Source: Pseudomonadota bacterium (GTDB lineage Bacteria; Pseudomonadota; Alphaproteobacteria; Rhodospirillales; 2-02-FULL-58-16). From it: 27,731 nucleotides of DNA. A program made the translations under genes and the position numbers. The notes under the pieces are model-generated. The model was given only the letters and a program-made list of their open reading frames with translations. It ran no database searches and was not told the origin of the DNA. Shown in pieces: positions 1-7,201 of this stretch (positions are counted from its first letter, which is position 1; every line of letters starts with the position of its first letter). The DNA lies in contig JADFHR010000001.1 in assembly GCA_022567015.1 (NCBI GenBank), positions 1-27,731 on the forward strand. Direction: 5' to 3'.

Positions 1-1
1 C

Positions 2-1402
2 GCCCTCCTCGTGGACGACGCGCACGGTGCCGTCCGGCAATACGATCCGGTGGTCGATGGCGTAGGGCGTCTTTTCCTCGAGGCTGCGGTTGACGGCCTC
101 CTGGACCAAGGCACGGTCCTCGGCATGGACCGTGTTCAGGAATGCCCCATAGGTGGCGCCGAACTGCTGCGGTTTCAGGCCGAAGATCCGGTAGATCTCG
201 TCCGACCACCCAAGCTCGCTGGTCTCGATGTTCCAGTCCCAGTTCCCCACATGGGCGATGCGCTGCGCGTTGGCCAGGCTGGCCTCGCTCTCGCGCAAGG
301 CCTCCTCCGCCCGCTTGCGCTCGGTGATGTCCTTGACGATTCCGGCGAACATGCGCTGCCCGCCGACCACCATTGCACCGATTTCCAGTTCCATCGGGAA
401 GATGGAGCCGTCCTTGCGCCGGCCCTCGACCTCGCGGCCAATGCCGATGATCTTGGCTTCGCCGGTCCTCAGGTAATTGGCGATGTAGGAGCCGTGCCCG
501 GAACGATGGACCTCGGGCATCAGGATGGTGACGTTCTCGCCCACGACCTCGGCCGGCGCATACCCGAACATGCTTTCGGCGCCCCGGTTGAAGGACTGGA
601 CCACGCCCGTCTCGTCGATGGTGATGACCCCGACCACGATGCTGTCGACGACCGCCCGCAGGCGCTCCTCGTTTTCCCGCAGCGCTTCGAAAGACTCCTC
701 CATGTCGACCCGCATGTCGTTGATCGCGGCGACGACCTCGTCCAATTCGTCGGGCGCCCGCCTCCCCTTCGATTTCCGCTTCAACCACAGGGGATTCGGC
801 AGATTGTCGAGGTTGAGGCCGCGGGCATACCGCGCCAGCGTGTCCAGGTGCCGCGTTACCAGGTACTGGAAGATGAGCAGCATGAAACCGGCGACGAGAA
901 ACGTTTTGATCCCGTTGCTGAGCAGAATGATCAACGTCTTGTCGATTAATCGCTGGTACACGCCATCCAGGGTGGCGACGACCGACAGCGTGCCGATTTC
1001 CAAGGTCCGCCCCCGATGGACATAGTTCATCGGAAACTCGCGGGAGATGACGTTATCGGACTGAAATGTTCCCGCGGAAGCCCACAGCCTTTCACCCTCC
1101 TTCACGGCCACGTATTGCATGTCGGGGAGGCGCAGGATTCCGTCCAAATGAATTTGCAGCTTCTTCGTATTTGTCGCCCACAGGGTGTCGACGAGGCTGT
1201 TCAGATGAACGTACTGAACTTGCCGCATCCGGGATTCGATCAGGCGCAGGTCACGGTCGTAATCCCGGTACAGTTGATAGGCCGTAATCACCAATGTCAG
1301 GGCTGAGCTGAACGCCACCATATAGGCGATCAGGCGGCGCGAGAGCCGCGTATTGCGGCGCGAAATCGGCACACGGAAGAGGGGTCGGCTCGCTTCCGGC
1401 AT
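2..1402 (-). CDS. Membrane sensor protein, 3'-truncated by window edge: TM1 - periplasmic sensor domain (CHASE5-like) - TM2 - HAMP - FixL-type PAS - second PAS; output domain outside window
   Basis: Hand translation from ATG at 1402 gives 467 stop-free codons to the edge: MPEASRPLFRVPISRRNTRLSRRLIAYMVAFSSALTLVITAYQLYRDY... TM2 LIILLSNGIKTFLVAGFMLLIFQYLVTRHL, HAMP DELDEVVAAINDMR, PAS1 ...NVTILMPEVHRSGHGSYIANYLRTGEAKIIGIGREVEGRRKDGSIFPMELEIG...DITERK, PAS2 GNWDWNIETSELGWSDEIYRIFG...VHAEDR. Start lies 2 nt after the SBP stop. The CHASE5 label is from recall and needs an HMM check. Confidence 0.9.
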   Translation of the reverse strand, partial: MPEASRPLFRVPISRRNTRLSRRLIAYMVAFSSALTLVITAYQLYRDYDRDLRLIESRMRQVQYVHLNSLVDTLWATNTKKLQIHLDGILRLPDMQYVAVKEGERLWASAGTFQSDNVISREFPMNYVHRGRTLEIGTLSVVATLDGVYQRLIDKTLIILLSNGIKTFLVAGFMLLIFQYLVTRHLDTLARYARGLNLDNLPNPLWLKRKSKGRRAPDELDEVVAAINDMRVDMEESFEALRENEERLRAVVDSIVVGVITIDETGVVQSFNRGAESMFGYAPAEVVGENVTILMPEVHRSGHGSYIANYLRTGEAKIIGIGREVEGRRKDGSIFPMELEIGAMVVGGQRMFAGIVKDITERKRAEEALRESEASLANAQRIAHVGNWDWNIETSELGWSDEIYRIFGLKPQQFGATYGAFLNTVHAEDRALVQEAVNRSLEEKTPYAIDHRIVLPDGTVRVVHEEG

Positions 1403-1404
1403 GA

Positions 1405-2151
1405 TCAATCCTCGGTCGCCAAGGGTGCTAATTTTTCCTGAAACAGCCGCTGATAGATGCCTTCCGCCTTAATTGCGCGCAATGCGGCCGCGATTTTCGG
1501 TACCAGGGGTTTGTGTTTCTTATGCAGATACATAAACATTTCCTTGGTCACGAGAGGCGGAGTTAAAACCCTTACCCCGCTCAATTTCTCTCCCTTTATG
1601 CGCGCCAGGCCCCTCCAGAGCGAATAGAGAACCAGATCCACCCGATCCTTCTCCAACAGCCTGAACAACTGTTCCGCATCCTCGGCCAGGGTCACCGTCG
1701 CCTCATCGGGAATATTGTTTTCCAGTATCTTCCACCCTTTGACGATGCCGATCGAATAGGGTTTCAGGGCCTGCCAACCGTCGGTCTGAATATCGACATG
1801 TTTGGTAAAAGCGACAAAAATCATGTCCATCATTTTCTCGGGCACCCGAACCAGGTTCGGGTAGAATTTCTCCAGTCCGGCGATCCTAGTAATATTGCCG
1901 TCGTCGATTCCGGCGTTGGCGTTGATCAGGGCCCTTTCCGCGGGAATCTCGATAAGCTCAAGTCCCACCCCGATACGTCGGAAGGCCTCTTTCGCAATGA
2001 CATCGAGGAAGCCCGTCCGCGCCTCATTGCTGAGCGGAGGATCCGTGGGCGCGTATATCGCCAGCGTTTGTTGCCCAAGCGCCGGCCCGGAATACAGGAT
2101 TGCAGTGAGGACAAGAGCCACTTGCGCCCCGCCAAAGCGAGCCGCCACCAT
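1405..2151 (-). CDS. Periplasmic solute-binding protein, family 3 (polar amino acid-type SBP), orphan
   Basis: 248 aa with a signal-peptide-like N-terminus (VALVLTAILYSGPALG/QQ). PAERALINANAG...RIAGLEKFYPNLVRVPE and LLEKDRVDLV segments are typical of SBP_bac_3-like proteins. SD AGGGAGG lies just upstream of the ATG. Confidence 0.8.
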   Translation of the reverse strand: MVAARFGGAQVALVLTAILYSGPALGQQTLAIYAPTDPPLSNEARTGFLDVIAKEAFRRIGVGLELIEIPAERALINANAGIDDGNITRIAGLEKFYPNLVRVPEKMMDMIFVAFTKHVDIQTDGWQALKPYSIGIVKGWKILENNIPDEATVTLAEDAEQLFRLLEKDRVDLVLYSLWRGLARIKGEKLSGVRVLTPPLVTKEMFMYLHKKHKPLVPKIAAALRAIKAEGIYQRLFQEKLAPLATED

Positions 2152-2467
2152 TTTTCAGACCTCCCTGAAGCCGCCGGGGTCCGCGCAGGGTCTGGACCAC
2201 GGCGCCGTGCCCAAATTACACTTATTTAGATAAATGCAGGATAGTTATACCCGTAATAACGCCTTCTTTTCAGAAATATACCCGAGTTACGACTAACATA
2301 AAAGGTTTTCTAACCGTTCTAGGGTAAAAAGTACTATTCATCCGTATAGGGAAGATATACGAACGTATACGTTGCAGTCAATATTTTAGCTGATCACCGA
2401 ATGGATCGTGCGGTGTTGGCGCGGTCGAGAGCTCCGCGTCGGCGGCGGTCGCGGGAAATTCAGGCGC

Positions 2468-2905
2468 CTACGCCCGCTCGATGAGCTCGATCTTGTAGCC
2501 GTCGGGATCCTCGATGAAGGCGATGACGGTGGTGCCGTGCTTCATCGGACCCGGCGGACGGGGAATGGCGACCCCTTCCGCCTCCAGGCGCTCGCAGGTG
2601 GCGTAGATGTCCGGAACGCCGATGGCCACGTGCCCGAAACCGGTACCCAGGTCATAGGGTTCCTCCTGGTCCCAGTTGTGGGTCAACTCGATCACCGCGT
2701 GATCGGCCTCGCCGCCATAGCCGACGAAGGCGAGGGTGAACTTGCCGCCGGGGAAATCCTTCCGGCGCAGTTGCGTCATGCCGAGAAGCCGCGTGTAGAA
2801 ATCCAGGGACTTGTCCAGGTCGCGGACCCGGATCATGGTGTGGAGGATGCGGAATTGTTTGCTATCGTGCGGCGTGGCGGCGGCCTCGGCGGCGGCGGTG
2901 GTCAT
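2468..2905 (-). CDS. gloA: Lactoylglutathione lyase (glyoxalase I), short E. coli-like Ni/Co-activated type
   Basis: Motifs LHTMIRV, IELTHNW, GFGHVAIGV, FIEDPDGYKIELI retain the four metal ligands (H, E, H, E). SD GGGAGG upstream. Confidence 0.96.
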   Translation of the reverse strand: MTTAAAEAAATPHDSKQFRILHTMIRVRDLDKSLDFYTRLLGMTQLRRKDFPGGKFTLAFVGYGGEADHAVIELTHNWDQEEPYDLGTGFGHVAIGVPDIYATCERLEAEGVAIPRPPGPMKHGTTVIAFIEDPDGYKIELIERA

Positions 2906-2959
2906 GGCTTCCCTCCCATCCCATGGGCGTTCGCAGGGTCTTGTGTTGATCCGCCAAAA

Positions 2960-2988
2960 CGTATACCCCCTAACTGGCGCCGCACCAA
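2960..2988 (-). promoter_or_regulatory. Candidate sigma70 promoter for gloA
   Basis: Minus strand TTGGTG (2988-2983) - N17 - TATACG (2965-2960), about 50 nt upstream of the gloA ATG. Confidence 0.4.
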
Positions 2989-3030
2989 GCCCGGCGGGCG
3001 GTGGCGTACGCGCATGGGGGGCGATGGGGG

Positions 3031-4050
3031 ATGACGGGCAGGATCAGGACGGCGGTCGTCGGGGTCGGCCATTTCGGCCGCTATCACGCCGATAAATTCG
3101 CCACCCTGGAAGGCTCGGAACTCATCGCCGTATGCGACACCGACGGCGAGAGGGCCGGCGCGGTGGCGGCGAAGCTTGGGGTGCGGGCGGTCTCCGACTA
3201 CCGCGAGCTGTTGGATCAGGTGGATGCGGTAAGCGTCGTCGTGCCGACCACGGCCCATCGCCAGATCGCCGGGCCGTTCCTGGAAAACGGCGTGCATGTG
3301 CTGGTCGAAAAGCCGGTCACCGACGATCTGGCGGACGCCGACGCCCTGATCCGCATGGCCGGCCAACGCGGCCTGGTCCTCCAGGTCGGCCATCTGGAAC
3401 GCTTTTCCGCGGCCGTGCAGATGGTGGAGAAAGTGCTCACCCGGCCGCTGTATATCGAATGCTACCGCATCGCGCCGTTCCAAGCGCGCGGGACCGACAT
3501 CAGCGTCATCCTCGATCTGATGATCCACGACATCGATCTGATCCTGGCCTTCGTCAAGTCGCCGGCGGAATCGGTCGACGCGGTCGGGGCGCCGGTGCTC
3601 ACCGCCGTCGAAGACATCGCCAACACGCGCATCCGCTTCGCCAACGGCTGTGTCGCCAACATCACCGCCAGCCGCATCAGCGCCAAGAGCGAACGCAAGA
3701 TGCGCATATTCCAACCGGACCACTACATTTCCATCGATTTCCTGAGCCGCAAGGTGATCGTCGCCCGCAAGGGCGAAGGCGAATTGTTCCCCGGCGTCCC
3801 CAACTTCAGCATCGACGAACAGGTATACGAAGAGGCCGACAGCCTGGAACGCGAGATAGAGTCTTTCCTCGACGCGGTCGCGACGAAATCTCCGCCTCTG
3901 GTCAGCGGCGAGGACGGCCGGCGGGCGCTGGAGACGGCCATCATGATCACCCGGAGCCTGCAGGAACACCTGGAGTTCGTGCGCGCCCGTTCCGGCGACA
4001 CGGCGATCGCGCAAACGATGGTGAACGCGAAACGCCCCGCGGCGCAATGA
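3031..4050 (+). CDS. gnnA: Gfo/Idh/MocA-family NAD-dependent oxidoreductase, probable UDP-GlcNAc 3-dehydrogenase
   Basis: Start reassigned to ATG 3031 (MTGRIRTAVVGVGHFGRYHA, Rossmann motif). Motifs HVLVEKP, QVGHLERF, DISVILDLMIHDIDL, TASRIS. Coupled to the aminotransferase and adjacent to lpxB. The family call is firm; the GnnA call is inferred from context. Confidence 0.75.
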   Translation: MTGRIRTAVVGVGHFGRYHADKFATLEGSELIAVCDTDGERAGAVAAKLGVRAVSDYRELLDQVDAVSVVVPTTAHRQIAGPFLENGVHVLVEKPVTDDLADADALIRMAGQRGLVLQVGHLERFSAAVQMVEKVLTRPLYIECYRIAPFQARGTDISVILDLMIHDIDLILAFVKSPAESVDAVGAPVLTAVEDIANTRIRFANGCVANITASRISAKSERKMRIFQPDHYISIDFLSRKVIVARKGEGELFPGVPNFSIDEQVYEEADSLEREIESFLDAVATKSPPLVSGEDGRRALETAIMITRSLQEHLEFVRARSGDTAIAQTMVNAKRPAAQ

Positions 4051-5171
4051 CGACGCCGCTCCCCTTCGTCGACCTCAAGGCCCAATACGCCCGCCTCAAG
4101 CCGCGCATGGACGCGCGTATGCGCGCCGTCCTCGACCACGGCCAGTTCATCCTCGGCCCCGAGGTGGTTGAGCTGGAGGCGGAGCTCGTCCGCTTCAGCG
4201 GCGCGGCGCACGCCATCACCGTCGCCAACGGCACCGTCGCCTTGACCATCTCCCTGATGGCCGAAGGGATCGGCCCGGGCGATGCGGTGTTCGTGCCCAC
4301 CTTCACCTTTGCCGCCACCGCGGAAGCGGTGCTCGCCGTCGGCGCGACGCCGGTGTTCTGCGACGTCGGAGCGGACACCTTCAATATGGGCCCGGCGGAC
4401 CTGGAACGGGCCGTCGCCGATGTCCCTGCCGGCGGGTCGTTGCGGCCCCGTGCCGTCATCCCGGTGGACCTTTTCGGACTGCCGGCGGACTACGCCGCCA
4501 TCAACGCCGTCGCCGACGCGCACGGCCTGTTCGTGCTCGCCGACGCGGCGCAGAGCTTCGGCGCCAGCCGCGACGCCTCGCGCGTCGGCCGCCTGGCGGC
4601 GGTGACCACGACCAGTTTCTTCCCGTCCAAGCCGCTCGGCTGCTACGGCGACGGCGGGGCCATCTTTACCGATGATGGCGGGCGCGCCGAGGTCATGCGC
4701 TCCATCCGCGTCCACGGCCAGGGCGCCGACGGCCAGTGCGTGCGTCCGGGCATGAACGGCCGCCTGGATACGCTGCAGGCCGCCGCCCTGCTGGCCAAGC
4801 TGGAGGCCTTCGAGGACGAGATCCAGGCCCGCGAAAGCCTTGCCCGGCGCTATGACCAGGCCCTTCGCGGCGCCGTCACCCTTCCCGCCCGCATAGAAGG
4901 CGCGGCAAGCGTCTGGGCGCATTACTCCATCGTTGTCGACAACCGGGACGGGCTCAGGGATGCGCTCGCGGCGCTGGGGATACCGGCGCGGGTCTATTAC
5001 CCCAGCCCGCTGCATTTGCAGCCGGCCTTCCGGGACTACGGCGGCGGTCCCGGGTCTCTGCCCGTGTCCGAGGAGCTGAGCAGACGGATCCTCAGCCTGC
5101 CGATCTACCCCGACCTGGACGAAGCGACCGTCGACCGCGTCTCGGAGGCGGTGATCGCCGCCCTCAAATAG
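4047..5171 (+). CDS. gnnB: DegT/DnrJ/EryC1/StrS PLP-dependent sugar aminotransferase, probable UDP-3-keto-GlcNAc transaminase
   Basis: ATG overlaps the gnnA stop (ATGA 4047-4050). MTTPLPFVDLKAQY, FILGPEV, LADAAQSFG, SFFPSKPLGCYGDGGA (PLP lysine), NGRLDTLQAA, YYPSPLHLQPAF; 374 aa. Confidence 0.75.
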   Translation: MTTPLPFVDLKAQYARLKPRMDARMRAVLDHGQFILGPEVVELEAELVRFSGAAHAITVANGTVALTISLMAEGIGPGDAVFVPTFTFAATAEAVLAVGATPVFCDVGADTFNMGPADLERAVADVPAGGSLRPRAVIPVDLFGLPADYAAINAVADAHGLFVLADAAQSFGASRDASRVGRLAAVTTTSFFPSKPLGCYGDGGAIFTDDGGRAEVMRSIRVHGQGADGQCVRPGMNGRLDTLQAAALLAKLEAFEDEIQARESLARRYDQALRGAVTLPARIEGAASVWAHYSIVVDNRDGLRDALAALGIPARVYYPSPLHLQPAFRDYGGGPGSLPVSEELSRRILSLPIYPDLDEATVDRVSEAVIAALK

Positions 5172-5174
5172 GGA

Positions 5175-6371
5175 TTACACGGCGGCCCGGCCGCCGGCCC
5201 CGCGGATCACCGCCAGCACCACTTCGGCGGCCCGTTCCGACGGCGGCGGCCCATCGCGGCCAAGCTTCTCCAGCGCCTCGGTGAAGGCGGCGCGTTGCGC
5301 CCGTTGCGCCGCCTCGTCGGTGAGAAGACGGAAAAGGGCCTTCGCCAGCTTGTCCGGGGTGCAATCGCCCTGCAGCAGTTCCGGCACCGCGTCCCGGTCC
5401 AGGACCAGGTTCATCAGGTTCACGTAGCGCGTGCGAATCAGGCGCCGGGCCAGCCAGCCGGTGACCGGGTTCATCTTGTAGGCCACCACCATGGGCACAC
5501 CGGCCATGGCCAGCTCCAGGGTCACGCTTCCCGAGGCGGCGAGCCCGGCGTCGGCGGCGGCGAAGGCGTCGAATTTTTCCGCTTCGCCGGTAAGCACCAG
5601 GGCCGGGACCGGCCACTCCCCGGCGGCCGCGGTCACGGCGTCGGCCACGGTTTCCACCGTCGGCACCACGGCCCTGAGGTGTGGGTACGACCGGGCAAGC
5701 CGCGCCAGGGTTTCGCCAAAGACCGGCAACAGGAGCCTGGTCTCGGTGCGCCGGCTTCCGGGCAGCACGCAGATCAACGGCGTCCCCTCCGCGATGCCGT
5801 GGCGCCGCCGAAAGGCCGCTCCGTCCCCCGTCCCGGCGCCGCTTTCCACCACGGGATGGCCGACGAAGGTGCAGGGCAGCCCCACGGCCTCGAAATAGGG
5901 AGGCTCGAAGGGCAACAGTGCGATGAGGCGGTCGAACAGGTGCGCCGTCGCTTTCGCCTTGCCCGGCCGCCACGCCCACACCTGCGGCGCCACATAGTGG
6001 ATCGCCGGCATGGGGGCACCGCCGCCCCGGGTTCGCTTGGCGACGCGAAAGGTGAAGTCGGGGGAATCGATGGTGACCAGGACCGACGGACTCAAGGCCC
6101 GGATGCGGGCCGCCGTCTCGCGGATGCGGCGCAACAGCCGCGGCACGTGGGGCAGGACCTCGGCCAGGCCCATGACGGAGAGTTCGCCAATGGGAAACAG
6201 GCTGTCGAGTCCTTCCTCTCCCATGTGGACACCGCCGACGCCGGCGAAGCGTACCTTGCCGCCGGATTGGCGTTTGAGGGCCGCCATCAGGCGGGCCCCC
6301 AAAACGTCGCCCGAGGGCTCGCCGGCGATGAGGAAGATCAGCGGCGCCTCATCGCGGCCGGCGGCGCTCAT
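5175..6371 (-). CDS. lpxB: Lipid-A-disaccharide synthase
   Basis: True start ATG 6371 overlaps the lpxI stop. LIAGEPSGDVLG, IDSPDF, HYVAPQVWAWRPG, FVGHP, VLPGSR, ASGSVTLELA motifs; 398 aa. Confidence 0.97.
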   Translation of the reverse strand: MSAAGRDEAPLIFLIAGEPSGDVLGARLMAALKRQSGGKVRFAGVGGVHMGEEGLDSLFPIGELSVMGLAEVLPHVPRLLRRIRETAARIRALSPSVLVTIDSPDFTFRVAKRTRGGGAPMPAIHYVAPQVWAWRPGKAKATAHLFDRLIALLPFEPPYFEAVGLPCTFVGHPVVESGAGTGDGAAFRRRHGIAEGTPLICVLPGSRRTETRLLLPVFGETLARLARSYPHLRAVVPTVETVADAVTAAAGEWPVPALVLTGEAEKFDAFAAADAGLAASGSVTLELAMAGVPMVVAYKMNPVTGWLARRLIRTRYVNLMNLVLDRDAVPELLQGDCTPDKLAKALFRLLTDEAAQRAQRAAFTEALEKLGRDGPPPSERAAEVVLAVIRGAGGRAAV

Positions 6372-7201
6372 GCCGGCGCGTCGTCCGCCACCGGCACGCC
6401 AATGACGAACACCCCCGCCCTGTCGGCCGCCGCCGCCACCGCGATGCGGTCCATGACCAGGGTTCCTCCCGCCTCCACGGCGATTCCGCCGAGGCCCGCC
6501 GCCGCTACCGCCGTGACCGTGGGAACCCCGATGGTGGGCAGGTCCGCACGGCGCTCCTGTCCCGGTTTCTTGACCTTGACGAGGACGCCCCCGAAGCCCG
6601 AGCGGCGGAGGCCGGCGCACCGTTCGATCAGGGCATCCGTTCCTTCCGCCGCTTCGACGCCGAGGACCAGCCCCTGCTGCACCACCACGGCCTGTCCCAC
6701 GTCAAGGGCGCCCAGGCCGAGGGCCACTTCGATGCCGAGGGCGATGTCCGCCTTGGCCTCGGCTGCGGGCACGATGGCGCCCAACGGCCCTTGCGGGGCG
6801 AGAAGATCGGACACCACGTCGTCGGCGCCGACCATGCGGAATCCCTCATCCTCGAGCGCCGAGACCAGGGCGGACAACAGCCCGTCGTCGCCCAGCGCCT
6901 TGCCACCCTTCTTGGCGAACACCTTGACCGCCCATGCGTCTGGCCGGAGAGCGGAAAGGGAAGGACGGTGGACGCCTCCCGCCATGACCAGTTCCTCGAC
7001 CCCGGCGTCGCGCAGGTGCTGCAAGGCACTGCCGGCGGCGCCCAGGCGTACCCAGGCGTGGGGCGCCCCGGCAACGGTCTCGGGGGCCGTCTGCTCCTTG
7101 AACGCAATAACGAAGTAGTCGCGTCCGGTTTCCCTGCAGGCTTGGATGATGCGCGCCGGCAACTCGCCACGCCCGGCCAGGATGCCGAGCTTAGGCGGCA
7201 T
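6368..7201 (-). CDS. lpxI: UDP-2,3-diacylglucosamine pyrophosphatase LpxI
   Basis: KLGILAGRGELP, LDVGQAVVV, VEAAEGTDALIER, VKVKKPGQERRADLPTIG, GIAVEAG motifs; located between lpxA and lpxB as in alphaproteobacteria. Confidence 0.93.
   Translation of the reverse strand: MPPKLGILAGRGELPARIIQACRETGRDYFVIAFKEQTAPETVAGAPHAWVRLGAAGSALQHLRDAGVEELVMAGGVHRPSLSALRPDAWAVKVFAKKGGKALGDDGLLSALVSALEDEGFRMVGADDVVSDLLAPQGPLGAIVPAAEAKADIALGIEVALGLGALDVGQAVVVQQGLVLGVEAAEGTDALIERCAGLRRSGFGGVLVKVKKPGQERRADLPTIGVPTVTAVAAAGLGGIAVEAGGTLVMDRIAVAAAADRAGVFVIGVPVADDAPA

Noticed and set aside
11-1025. Plus-strand ORFs of 312 aa and 166 aa
   Set aside because: Antisense shadows of the real minus-strand sensor gene, which has recognisable TM/HAMP/PAS motifs.
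2307-2323. Irr/ICE-like or FNR-like box upstream of the heme-PAS sensor operon
   Set aside because: TTTCTAACCGTTCTAGG has four mismatches to the ICE consensus in an AT-rich tract, and no TTGAT-N4-ATCAA was found; too weak.
3132-5171. 679-aa ORF suggesting a GnnA-GnnB fusion or programmed frameshift
   Set aside because: The N-terminal part is Arg/Pro-rich off-frame sequence over gnnA. The real gnnB start is the ATGA overlap at 4047, and I saw no slippery heptamer near the junction. Open alternate frames are common at this GC.
5175-6620. 481-aa extended LpxB
   Set aside because: The first 83 residues are an off-frame read of lpxI; homology starts at ATG 6371.
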